Shown: positions 40,930 through 50,297 of the stretch, piece by piece | Position numbering within the stretch: the first letter of the stretch is position 1 | How the letters are laid out: every line of letters begins with the position of its first letter | DNA from: a bacterium | Lineage (GTDB): Bacteria; Zhuqueibacterota; Zhuqueibacteria; Zhuqueibacterales; Zhuqueibacteraceae | Direction of reading: 5' to 3' | Assembly: GCA_044869275.1 (NCBI GenBank) | Contig: JBIOXB010000172.1 | Span: 1 to 50,883, forward strand | Length of the DNA stretch: 50,883 nt | Program-made: the position numbers and the translations under genes | The notes under the pieces: generated by a model | What the model was told of the DNA's origin: nothing | The model's input: the letters and a program-made list of their open reading frames with translations, nothing else | Databases searched by the model: none

Positions 40930-42324
40930 ATGCAATCTCACGTGAGCAATTCCATTCTCATTGTCGACGACGACTTCTCCGTTACCGCTTCGTTGGTCTT
41001 GCTGTTGAAGCAAGCGGGGTATCGCTCTCGCACGGCGGCGTCTCCTGTGGAAGCATTGGAGCTGCTGGCGCGTGAAAAGCCCGACTTGATTCTGCAGGAC
41101 ATGAACTTCTCACGGCAAACCACCGGCGAGGAAGGCCTGGCTTTGCTCAACGCAGTCAAAGCGCAGCAGCCGCGTCTGCCGGTGGTTTTGATGACGGCAT
41201 GGGGCTCGATCGCATTAGCCGTGAAAGGCATGCAAGCCGGGGCCGCAGATTTCATTACCAAGCCGTGGAGCAACGAGCAGATCTTGCAGGCCGTCAAAAC
41301 CGCGCTGGGATTGGCCGCGGCCAAGGCTTCTTTCGAAGGTGAAAAAAGATTGTCGCGCGAAGAATTGGATGCGCGCTATGATTTTCAGCAGCTCGCGGGC
41401 TGCGACCCAAAGTTTCTCAAGGTGCTGGAAGTGATCGGCCGCGTGAGCGCCACCGAGGCCGCGGTGCTGATCACCGGCGAAAGCGGCACCGGAAAGGAAA
41501 TGATCGCCGAAGCGATTCACCGCAACAGCCTGCGCCGGGACCAGCCATTTATCAAAGTCAATCTCGGCGGCATCTCGGCGAACTTGTTTGAAAGCGAGAT
41601 GTTCGGACACGTCAAGGGTGCGTTTACCGACGCGAAGTTTGATCGCAAAGGCCGGTTCGAGCTGGCCCATGGCGGTACGATCTTCTTGGATGAAATCGGC
41701 GATCTCGATTTGAACTGCCAGGTGAAGCTGTTGCGCGTTTTGCAGGATCGCCACTATGAAGTTTTGGGCTCGAGCCACACCCGCGTCGCGAACGTGCGCG
41801 TGATCTCCGCCACCAACCGCAATCTACCGGAGCTGGTTGCCAGAGGTGAGTTTCGCGAAGATTTGCTTTATCGCTTGAATCTGATCGCTCTGCACTTGCC
41901 GGCGCTGCGCGAGCGCCGGGAGGACATTCCTTTGCTCGCGGAATCCTTCCTGAAGCAGCTGGGCCACGTCTATCGCCGCAACGCACTCACGCTCAACCCC
42001 GCCGCGGCTGCATGGCTGCTCGCTTTGCCCTGGCCGGGCAATATCCGGCAACTGAAGCAGTTGCTCGAAAGAACCGTGTTGATGAGCAACAAAGACCTGC
42101 TTGAGCGAGAAGACTTCATCCTCGCTCAACAAATGCAGCCGGAAGAGGGGGAAAAGGAAGTTTTGCCGGCAGTGGGAAGCATGACGCTGGAAGATTTGGA
42201 AAAAGCCATGATCGTGAAGGCCCTGCGGCATTATGAAGGCAACATCACCAAAGTCGCCGAGGCTTTGGGTTTGAGCCGCGCGGCGCTGTATCGCCGCTTT
42301 GAAAAATTCGGAATCACGCCGTGA
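40930..42324 (+). CDS. Sigma-54-dependent response regulator (NtrC family)
   Basis: Receiver (VDDD, DMN, KPW), GESGTGKE, ESEMFGH, GAFTDA, FLDEIG, WPGNIRQL and Fis-type HTH. Confidence 0.95.
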   Translation: MQSHVSNSILIVDDDFSVTASLVLLLKQAGYRSRTAASPVEALELLAREKPDLILQDMNFSRQTTGEEGLALLNAVKAQQPRLPVVLMTAWGSIALAVKGMQAGAADFITKPWSNEQILQAVKTALGLAAAKASFEGEKRLSREELDARYDFQQLAGCDPKFLKVLEVIGRVSATEAAVLITGESGTGKEMIAEAIHRNSLRRDQPFIKVNLGGISANLFESEMFGHVKGAFTDAKFDRKGRFELAHGGTIFLDEIGDLDLNCQVKLLRVLQDRHYEVLGSSHTRVANVRVISATNRNLPELVARGEFREDLLYRLNLIALHLPALRERREDIPLLAESFLKQLGHVYRRNALTLNPAAAAWLLALPWPGNIRQLKQLLERTVLMSNKDLLEREDFILAQQMQPEEGEKEVLPAVGSMTLEDLEKAMIVKALRHYEGNITKVAEALGLSRAALYRRFEKFGITP

Positions 42325-43625
42325 GCTTGCGCCTCAAGATCATTCTTTATCTGCTCTTCATTCATTTCGCCATCGCCGGCCTTGCGCTCTATTTTTTGTG
42401 GGAACATCGCGCCTGGCTGCTGGCGCTGGAAGCGTTCTTCGCGATTTCTTTTATCATCTCGTTCCGGCTTTTCCGCGCGCTGCTCAAGCCGATTGAGCTG
42501 GTCGCGGCCGGCGTGGAAACTCTCAAGCATCGCGATTTTTCCTCCAAATTACTCGCCATCCACCAGCCGGAAATCGACCGGCTCATCGAAGTTTATAATC
42601 AAATGATCGAGCAACTGCGCGAGGAGCGCATTCGCTTGCAGGAGCAGCATTTTTTTCTCGACAAAGTGCTCGCGGTTTCGCCCTCCGGCATCATCACTTT
42701 GGATTTCGAGGACCGCATCGCCACCGCCAATCGCAGCGCCGCGAGCCTGCTGCAAAACGCGCCGGAGCTTCTGGCCGGAAGAAAACTGGGCGAGATCCAC
42801 TCTCCTTTTGCCGCCGCCTTGAGCCGTTTGCCGGCCGGAGAGTCGCAAGTGCTGCCTTTGCTGGGCAGCCGGCGCGTAAAATGCCAGAAAGCGCAGTTTC
42901 TCGATCAAGGCTTCTATCGCAGTTTTATATTGATGGAAGAATTGACCGAAGAGCTGCGACGCTCGGAAAAAGCGGCCTATGAGAAATTGATTCGCATGAT
43001 GTCGCATGAAGTCAACAATTCCATTGGTGCGGTGCATTCGCTCTTGCAATCCTGCCTGTATTACAGAGATCAGTTGCGTGAGAGCGATCGGCGTGATTAT
43101 GAAAACGCTTTGCAGGTCGCCCTCGCGCGCACGGAGCATTTGAACGACTTTATGCGCGGCTTTGCCGACGTCGTCAAGATTCCGCCGCCGCGGCGCCAGC
43201 CAGTCGAGGTACGCCAGCTGCTCGAAAGAATAGCCGCTTTGTTTCATGCGGAAAGCAATACACGGCAGATACGATGGGTTTGGAAAATCGAGCAAGATTG
43301 GGAGCCCGTGGCCATGGACCTCGTGCTCATGGAGCAGGCGCTGATCAATATTTTCAAAAATGCCGTGGAAGCCATCGGGCAAGACGGAGTGATTGGCATT
43401 CACATGGGAAAAAAAGGACAACGCCGTTTCGTCACCATCGAAAATTCGGGTCCCGGTATTGCGCCGGAGGTGCAAGCGCAGCTCTTCACGCCGTTTTTCA
43501 GCACGAAAAGCGGCGGCCAGGGCCTGGGCTTGACCGTGATCCAAGAAATTCTGAGCAAGCATCAATTCGAATTTGCTTTGGAAAGCAAGCCGCCACAGCC
43601 CACGACTTTTACCATCCTTTTTTGA
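42321..43625 (+). CDS. Sensor histidine kinase (HAMP/PAS/HATPase)
   Basis: MSHEVNN H-box, NIFKNAVEA, NSGPGI, FTPFFSTK, GQGLGL; GTGA overlap with the regulator. Confidence 0.93.
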   Translation: MSLRLKIILYLLFIHFAIAGLALYFLWEHRAWLLALEAFFAISFIISFRLFRALLKPIELVAAGVETLKHRDFSSKLLAIHQPEIDRLIEVYNQMIEQLREERIRLQEQHFFLDKVLAVSPSGIITLDFEDRIATANRSAASLLQNAPELLAGRKLGEIHSPFAAALSRLPAGESQVLPLLGSRRVKCQKAQFLDQGFYRSFILMEELTEELRRSEKAAYEKLIRMMSHEVNNSIGAVHSLLQSCLYYRDQLRESDRRDYENALQVALARTEHLNDFMRGFADVVKIPPPRRQPVEVRQLLERIAALFHAESNTRQIRWVWKIEQDWEPVAMDLVLMEQALINIFKNAVEAIGQDGVIGIHMGKKGQRRFVTIENSGPGIAPEVQAQLFTPFFSTKSGGQGLGLTVIQEILSKHQFEFALESKPPQPTTFTILF

Positions 43626-43720
43626 CCGTTCCGCCAAGACCTCAAAACCAGCCGACCGGATGAAGCTTGGATGCTTGCCTCTCCTTTAGGATTCTGAATT
43701 AAATAACTTTCCCATTTCTC

Positions 43721-43791
43721 AAACCGCGAATGAACGCTAATAAACGCGAATGGAGAACATATTCGCGTACATTCACATTAATTCGCGGTTT
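43721..43791. repeat. 9-mer-based inverted repeat downstream of the two-component operon
   Basis: AAACCGCGAAT..AAACGCGAAT / ATTCGCGT..ATTCGCGGTTT. Confidence 0.7.
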
Positions 43792-44090
43792 CAAACATCG
43801 GGAAAGTTATTCAAATGGCGACCCTTGGTACCTGAATTTTGCAACGAAAGGAGAACCGCAACGAAAAAAGCCTTTAGAACCGCATCCTTATCGAGCATAC
43901 TTGAAAACACCAAGCCACCCATTGGGTGAGTTTCGATAAGAATTTTGAATTGAAAATCTTCTTTTGTTGCGGTTCCTTTTTCGTTGCAAGCATTTTTAGG
44001 CGCACAATTCAGGTAATAAACGTTTTGCACCTCTGCCTCGTCCTTTGAGAAAGGCCTCTTGACGAAGTTTGACCTCGTCTGAAGAGTATT

Positions 44091-45275
44091 ATGGAATCCC
44101 TCCAATTTGGCCCCTGGGCGATGCTCTATGCGGCAGCCGCTCTTCAGGGTTTGTTTATATCGGGAATTCTCTTTTTTACGGCGCGGGGAAATTCACGCGC
44201 AAACAAGCTGCTGGCCATTTTGATCCTGACTTTTTCTTGGACAAGGTTTTTGGCTTTCGCCAGCCTGGCAGAGCTCTATCGCTTCTGGCCACACCTGCTT
44301 TCTGCGGGAGCACCATTTTGGTACATCCTCGCTCCGCTTTATTATTTTTATGTGAAAGCACTGCTGGCCCAGCCGGTGCGATGGAATTTAATCAGCACCT
44401 TCCACGCGCTTCCCGCTCTCGCGATCCTGGTTTATAGATTGCCATTTTATCTTTTGCCTGCGGCAGCCAAGTTCGATTTTGCTTTTAACCCGGATTTGTC
44501 CGGCGAGGCCAGGCTGACCATGCTGGGTTTTTCTTTGCTGTACGGCCTGCAAAACATCGTCTATTTGGGAATGAGCATCAAGCTTCTGCGAGCCCCGCGA
44601 CCGGCTGGCGAGCATGAGGCGGTGGCCGCCAAGCCGGCTCATGTCAGTTGGCTGAAGTTTTTGTTCACCTTGATGATGCTGTTTGGCGTGTTTCATGTGG
44701 TGGTGGCCAGCGTGGAATTCCTGCTGAACAAAAACCTGGTTGCAATGGATTACTTGCCCATGGCGTTTTTTACGATCATGGTTTATGCCATTGCCTATTT
44801 GGCGATACAACAACCCGAAAAGCTTTTTCCGGCACCGTTACGAGTCAAGCAGAGCCCTTGGTCGCGCGATTTACCGCTTCCTGAGGCAGGCGCGGCAATT
44901 AAGCAGCTCCGCCACATCATGGAAACCGAGAAGCCTTATCTCGATTGCAATCTGAAATACTCTGACCTGGCGGCGAAGCTCGGCATCTCGGTGCGTTATT
45001 TGTCGCGCATTTTAAATGAAGAGTTGAGACAAAGTTTCAACGATTTTGTGAATGCCTACCGTATCAGGGAAGTTCAAGTGCAGCTTCTGAATAAGCAGAA
45101 TGGGGAACACACGTTGCTTGCGATTGCGCTCGAGGCAGGTTTCAACAGCAAAACTTCCTTCAACCGTATTTTCAAAAGCCACACCGGAATGACGCCCACT
45201 CAATTTCTTCAGGCCAATCGTGCTCATGCAAAGCCCGAAGCCTCGCTCACGCTTTCAGATTCTCCCGCCCAGTAA
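44091..45275 (+). CDS. AraC-family regulator with multi-TM N-terminal sensor
   Basis: About seven TM helices, then KPYLD..L...DLA, FNDFVN.YR, IALEAGFNSKTSFNRIFK..TGMTP. Confidence 0.92.
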   Translation: MESLQFGPWAMLYAAAALQGLFISGILFFTARGNSRANKLLAILILTFSWTRFLAFASLAELYRFWPHLLSAGAPFWYILAPLYYFYVKALLAQPVRWNLISTFHALPALAILVYRLPFYLLPAAAKFDFAFNPDLSGEARLTMLGFSLLYGLQNIVYLGMSIKLLRAPRPAGEHEAVAAKPAHVSWLKFLFTLMMLFGVFHVVVASVEFLLNKNLVAMDYLPMAFFTIMVYAIAYLAIQQPEKLFPAPLRVKQSPWSRDLPLPEAGAAIKQLRHIMETEKPYLDCNLKYSDLAAKLGISVRYLSRILNEELRQSFNDFVNAYRIREVQVQLLNKQNGEHTLLAIALEAGFNSKTSFNRIFKSHTGMTPTQFLQANRAHAKPEASLTLSDSPAQ

Positions 45276-45432
45276 GTTTGACAATGTTAACGTCGCTGAC
45301 CTCCCCCGATTCATGTCATCCCGGAGGGGTCTTTTTCTGCGCTTGGCACTATGCCTATGCCCAAAAAGATCCCGCCCGCGCGGGATGACAAGAAGTGAGT
45401 GAGCTATTCAACTTAACGTTGTCAAGCTAAGT
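45276..45432. repeat. Nested palindromic element (REP/MITE-like)
   Basis: Outer arms TTGACAATGTTAA / TTAACGTTGTCAA; inner TGTCATCCCG / CGGGATGACA. Ends TTGTCAAGCTAAGT like the 34.05 kb copy. Confidence 0.82.
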
Positions 45433-45654
45433 CTGCATACAGATTTTTTCTTGCATACATGTGCCAAATGCTGCAAACAGAGCGAAAGCGAGAAAAACTC
45501 TTGCGATATTACTTCAGCTTGCATTGAAATCACCCTGCTTGCAACGCTTATCCTAATCCTGGGAAACAAAACTCACTCTGTGACGCTCTGCGCACCCCGT
45601 GTCTCAGCGTTGAAAGGCTCTTGCGTTACGATCAGGAATATCAGGAGAAACAAC

Positions 45655-48087
45655 ATGTCAAAATTATTCGCATGCATGCTTTTATTAATCGTGGCCGCGG
45701 AACTTTCGGCATTGGCTTCAAATGCCGCAAGCAACGATTGGCCGCGCTGGCGTGGCGCAAATTATAATGGTGCCTCCAAGCAAAAAAACGTTTTCCGGGA
45801 AAACTCGGCGCTCGAAATTGTCTGGAAAAGAAAGCTCGGGTCCGGCTATTCTGCCATCTCCATTGCAAAAGGCCATGCTGTAACCATGTTCTCAGATGGC
45901 GAATACGATTATCTGATCTCTCTTGACCCGGCCTCCGGCAAGGAGCAGTGGCGTTATCGCATCGCTACCACCTACCCCGGACGGGACGGCGCCAACCCCG
46001 GGCCGGTATCGACGCCGGCGATAGACGGTGAAATGGTATTTGGACTCGGCCCCAAAGGCCAGCTCCTGGCGCTCGAGCTGCAAACGGGCAAGCCTCTTTG
46101 GTCAACTCATTTGATTGAAAAGCACCAAGCGGTGCCGCCGCATTGGGGTTTTACCACTTCTCCTCTCGTTTATGATGACCTGTTATTGGTAGAAACCGGT
46201 GGAACCCTGAGCAATGCCATCACTGCCTTCAACAAAAAAACGGGTAAAGTCATCTGGAGCGCGCAGAAGGACACGGTGGATTACCAATCGCCGCTCATTG
46301 CCAGTCTCGCCGGCCGCACCCAGCTGCTCTGGGCCGGGCAAAGATTTCTCTTCGGATTCGATCCCAACACTGGCAAAGAGCTTTGGCAATTTCGTCACGC
46401 CGGCGACGGTTTTTATCAGCGCATCGTCAATCCCGTGGTTGTGGGCGGGAACAGATTGCTGTTGACCAACACCGCCTCGCAGGCAAAGCTGATTCAAATC
46501 GACCAAAACAGCAGTGGTTTTGCGGTGGCAGAAATTTGGAAGACCGCGCATCTCAAGCGCAACTATAACATTCCCGTCTATCACGAAGGTTATCTCTACG
46601 GCTATAGCGGCGATTTTCTAACTTGTGTGGACGCCGATTCCGGCAAGCTCGCTTGGAAATCTCGACCGCCGGGCAATGGCTTTACCATTTTGGTGGACGG
46701 GCATTTGGTGATTTTGACCAAAAGAGGCGCCCTGCACGTGGCCCAAGCCTCGCCCAGGGGTTACATTGAAACTGCAAGCATAACGCTTTTCGACAAGCTG
46801 GCCTGGACGCCGCCCAGTTTCGCCGAGGGCAGGATTTATGTGCGCAATTCATTCGATGACATCGCTTGCGTCGCCCCCGTGTCTCGCGATCGAGTTGCAG
46901 CGGAGAGCTCAAACCTTCCGCGGAGCATGTTTTTTCCCGAATCCGAATTCGGCAAGTTTATCAAACGCGCGGAAGGCGCCTCGGATAAAAAAGCTCTCGT
47001 GGAACAATTTGTCAAGTCGCAAAACCGGTTTCCCATTATTGAAGGGGACAGTCTGGCTCATATCGTTTATGTTGGCGAAGCCCGCGACTTGGCACTGCGC
47101 GGAGATATGTTCGAAGACGGAGAAGAGAGGCCGATGCACCGTCTCAGCGGCACGGATTTCTACTATGCCTCTTTTAAATTCGAACCAGAGGCCAGAGTGT
47201 GCTATCAATTCATCAAAGATTTGGAACAAAGAATGGCGGACCCGCGGAATCCGGATAAAACCAACTGGACTTTGTTTGTCGGAGAAGCCTCTGAAATTTA
47301 CATGCCGCGCAGCGATCGTGCCCGCCATTTTCTCGAACCGCCGGCGGGACCGCGCGGACGCCTGGACACGCTCAGCTTTACCTCGGAGAAAATCCGCATC
47401 AGTCACCGCACTTGGGGCGGCGAGCGCAGAGTACAAGTCTATCTGCCGCCCGGCTATGACGCCGCGACGAAAAGATACCCGGTGATCTATGTCAACGATG
47501 GCGACAATTCCCTGGAGCACGGCCAAATGAAAAACACGCTGGACAATCTCATCGGCAAGACTGTGCAGCCGGTGATTGCGGTTTTTATACAGTCCCGCAG
47601 TCCGTACGAATTTGCCAGGTTGGAGCGCAAGAGTTACGCCCGGATGGTGGCGGAAAAGGTCGTTCATTTTATCGACGCAAAGTATCGCACCATAACCCGG
47701 CCGGAGGCGCGAGCGCTCCTGGGTGGCGATGAGGGAGGCTATTCCGCCGTTTACACCGGTTTTCTTCATTCCGAGGTGTTTGGAAAAATCGCCGGACAAT
47801 CCGTTCTCGCCATTGCCGATGGCGGTCCGGAGTTGATCACGCTGGCGCAAAATTCTCCGCACCTCCCGCTCAAACTATATCTGGATTGGGGAAAATATGA
47901 CTATCGCTATTCCAGCTATGAATACGACGTGGCCGGCTTCAGCCGCGGTTTGGTGAAAGTATTGCGAGATAAAAAGTACGAGGTCGCCGGCGGCGAAGTG
48001 AATGAAGGAGCCGATTTCGCAAGCTGGCGCAGGAGGACGGATAAGATCTTGCAGGAATTTTTTCCAAGCCAACGTGATTTCCAATAG
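45655..48087 (+). CDS. Secreted PQQ-like/BamB beta-propeller fused to an enterochelin-esterase-like alpha/beta-hydrolase domain
   Basis: Signal peptide, DWPRWRG, repeated D..TGK..W blades; VYLPPGY, YPVIYVNDG. Nucleophile elbow reads GGDEGG. AGGAG RBS precedes ATG 45655. Confidence 0.85.
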   Translation: MSKLFACMLLLIVAAELSALASNAASNDWPRWRGANYNGASKQKNVFRENSALEIVWKRKLGSGYSAISIAKGHAVTMFSDGEYDYLISLDPASGKEQWRYRIATTYPGRDGANPGPVSTPAIDGEMVFGLGPKGQLLALELQTGKPLWSTHLIEKHQAVPPHWGFTTSPLVYDDLLLVETGGTLSNAITAFNKKTGKVIWSAQKDTVDYQSPLIASLAGRTQLLWAGQRFLFGFDPNTGKELWQFRHAGDGFYQRIVNPVVVGGNRLLLTNTASQAKLIQIDQNSSGFAVAEIWKTAHLKRNYNIPVYHEGYLYGYSGDFLTCVDADSGKLAWKSRPPGNGFTILVDGHLVILTKRGALHVAQASPRGYIETASITLFDKLAWTPPSFAEGRIYVRNSFDDIACVAPVSRDRVAAESSNLPRSMFFPESEFGKFIKRAEGASDKKALVEQFVKSQNRFPIIEGDSLAHIVYVGEARDLALRGDMFEDGEERPMHRLSGTDFYYASFKFEPEARVCYQFIKDLEQRMADPRNPDKTNWTLFVGEASEIYMPRSDRARHFLEPPAGPRGRLDTLSFTSEKIRISHRTWGGERRVQVYLPPGYDAATKRYPVIYVNDGDNSLEHGQMKNTLDNLIGKTVQPVIAVFIQSRSPYEFARLERKSYARMVAEKVVHFIDAKYRTITRPEARALLGGDEGGYSAVYTGFLHSEVFGKIAGQSVLAIADGGPELITLAQNSPHLPLKLYLDWGKYDYRYSSYEYDVAGFSRGLVKVLRDKKYEVAGGEVNEGADFASWRRRTDKILQEFFPSQRDFQ

Positions 48088-48319
48088 TAGAGCAAAAAGC
48101 AAATAGCAAAGAGCTGCTTTGGGCTTGCTGTAAGATGGCCATTCAGAACATACCCGCCAATACTGACCGGTCGCTTAAAGCATGCGCCTTTTGATAGACA
48201 TTGCTTGCAATAGCGACCGGTCAGTTCCACTGGTAAGTGAGGCATTACACACTCCTGTTTTTGCGCTTGACATCTCCTGCCCATTTTTGCATATTTCGGT
48301 AAAATTATAAAGGGATGGT

Positions 48320-48460
48320 GTGACGCCATCACTTCTTCGCAACTCCCACACGCAAAAATCCAAACTTCTCGACCAGGTGCGCCGTGTCCTTCGCATGAGG
48401 CGCTACGGCTATCGCACGGAAGATGCTTGTGCCGGCTGGATTTGCCGTAACTGGAAATGA
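48320..48460 (+). pseudogene. intI: Integron integrase N-terminal remnant
   Basis: Manual translation: VTPSLLRNSHTQKSKLLDQVRRVLRMRRYGYRTEDACAGWICRNWK*. This matches the IntI N-terminal pattern KLLDQVR..IR..HYS.RTE.AY..WI.R and lies next to attC sites. Confidence 0.8.
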
Positions 48461-48589
48461 ATGGAACGAGAGGGCTTTCAAAAATTTCCTAATACTGGGC
48501 ATTGCGAGATTTCCAATATTGGAAAGTCTGGAGAAGAAGTTTCCAATATTGTAAACAATTTCCTATAGTTGGAAAATTCATGGGGTACC

Positions 48590-48617
48590 GGGCCGTTCCG
48601 GCGAATAACTGTTAGCA
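48590..48617 (+). mobile_element. Probable attI site
   Basis: GGCGAATAACT-GTTAGCA: GTT core at 48611, between the intI remnant and the first attC. Confidence 0.5.
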
Positions 48618-48639
48618 CTGCGCTGTTAAGAACGAACCA

Positions 48640-48717
48640 TGAAGGTTGCGAGAGCAGATCTTGCTGAAAGTCGAGATGCCCTAGAAGGCGTCAGCGCCGC
48701 AAACGCTTGTGTTATGC
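48640..48717 (+). mobile_element. Partial attC (right arm only)
   Basis: GCGTCAGCGCCGCAAAC (48688-48704) is identical to 50221-50237, followed by a 6-nt spacer and GTTATGC (48711-48717). No left arm. Confidence 0.75.
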
Positions 48718-48754
48718 GCCACGCTGCATGATGACCAATGATGAGAGGACTTCT

Positions 48755-49903
48755 ATGCCGAAAAAATTTCAGATTTCCGCGCTCGTGCTCGTCCTCATTC
48801 TTTTTCTTGTCCATCACTCGGGCCTGGCACAAGAGAGCGAACCAATCGTGATTGGTCAAAAGGTCAAGTTGAACTCAAAGATTCTGAATGAAGACAGGAT
48901 GCTCTGGATCTACTGCCCCGACACATCGAGCGCGTCAGGTCAGCGATTTCCAGTGATGTACCTGCTCGATGGAGAGTCGAACTTCATTGGCGCAACGGGG
49001 ATAGTACAGTTTCTGTCAGCAAACGACCGCATACCGAATACAATTGTCGTGGGAATTGAGAATACGAACCGCATGCACGACCTCACACCGCTGCCCGCAG
49101 ACACGAACTTCGCTGGTTCCGGAGGAGCAGATACTTTCCTGGAATTTATCAGTCGTGAGCTGATCCCGTATGTCGACTCTCACTATCCAACCGCTCCGTT
49201 CAGAATGCTCGTCGGCCATTCCATCGGCGGTTTGTTTGCGTTGAACGCCCTTCTCACAAACCCGAAAACATTCAACTCCTACGTGCTTATCAGCTCGAAC
49301 CTGTGGTGGGGTAATGACGCGATCCTGAATCGGCTCGAAGCGTTTCTCACGAAAGTTCCGAGGATCAGAGCATTCATCTATCAAACGACGGCGCAGGAAT
49401 CCCCAAGAAACCTAGCCTCGACGGAGCGCCTTGTGAACCTGATCGACACCTATCAGGTGGACGGGCTGGAATGGAAGGTACAATACATGCTAAGCGAGTC
49501 CCACAGCTCGGTCGTCCACAGATCAATCTACGACGGGTTGGAATTTATCTTCTCATCCTGGGAGGCTCGCGGAGACCTCACGAAAATCGGCATGCCAGGA
49601 TTGCTGCGGCATTACAACCGATTGTCGAATCGGTATGGATACAAAATCGACCCACCCGAAAGTAGCGTGAATTCTCTTGGTTATTCCTTCCTCAACAACG
49701 GCAAGGTCGAGGAGGCGATCAGCATTTTCAAGTGGAATGTCCAACAATATCCAAATTCGTGGAATGTCTATGACAGCCTCGGCGAAGCGTTTGCAGCAAA
49801 AGGTGAGACGATGCAGGCCATAGTGAACTACGAGCGGTCAGTCGCGCTGAACCCAAAGAACACTGCGGGCATCGAGGCCCTCAAGAAGCTGAAGGCAAGA
49901 TAG
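48755..49903 (+). CDS. Secreted alpha/beta-hydrolase (IroE-like esterase) with C-terminal TPR; integron cassette gene
   Basis: Signal peptide, PVMYLLDG, GHSIGG, ESH, TPR (NVYDSLGEA). GAGAGGA RBS. Confidence 0.88.
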   Translation: MPKKFQISALVLVLILFLVHHSGLAQESEPIVIGQKVKLNSKILNEDRMLWIYCPDTSSASGQRFPVMYLLDGESNFIGATGIVQFLSANDRIPNTIVVGIENTNRMHDLTPLPADTNFAGSGGADTFLEFISRELIPYVDSHYPTAPFRMLVGHSIGGLFALNALLTNPKTFNSYVLISSNLWWGNDAILNRLEAFLTKVPRIRAFIYQTTAQESPRNLASTERLVNLIDTYQVDGLEWKVQYMLSESHSSVVHRSIYDGLEFIFSSWEARGDLTKIGMPGLLRHYNRLSNRYGYKIDPPESSVNSLGYSFLNNGKVEEAISIFKWNVQQYPNSWNVYDSLGEAFAAKGETMQAIVNYERSVALNPKNTAGIEALKKLKAR

Positions 49904-50122
49904 TCGCGGAGACCGGTTAAGAATTGAGAAACACACTCGCACGATGCGTTTTTGCGAAAAATAACTACTAAGCTGCGCGGCGTACAACTTTGGCTGGCTC
50001 CACGTGCAGTTCGCAAAGCGCTGTATCGTGCATCCGCCGGCCCCGAAAGAATAATGAGCTTGCAGTGGAAAGTGGTGTCGCTAACTTGCGCGAACAAAAT
50101 CATTAAAGAGTTAGGGTTCTTG

Positions 50123-50250
50123 TGCTAACTCCGTGTGTTGCGGACGCTGACGCGCCGCGATGATTTTTAAAGCTGTGCAAGTTGCGAGCTTTGTCAACTT
50201 CGTCTGAACGCACTGGAAGCGCGTCAGCGCCGCAAACACTGGCGTTAGGC
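50123..50250 (+). mobile_element. attC recombination site (128 nt)
   Basis: R'' TGCTAAC, 5-nt spacer, left arm GTGTTGCGGACGCTGACGCGC pairing with GCGCGTCAGCGCCGCAAAC leaving two unpaired bases, 6-nt spacer, R' GTTAGGC. Confidence 0.88.
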
Positions 50251-50297
50251 GGCATTCTTCTTTACTATTGAATTGATATAAACCGAGGAAACGCAGT

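Noticed and set aside
45452..45468. Minus-strand TTGGCACATGTATGC as a sigma-54 promoter
   Set aside because: GG-to-GC spacing is 9 rather than 10, and it points into the end of a convergent gene.
50078..50117. CGCTAAC...GTTAGGG as an extra mini attC
   Set aside because: Too short and has no pairing inner arms.
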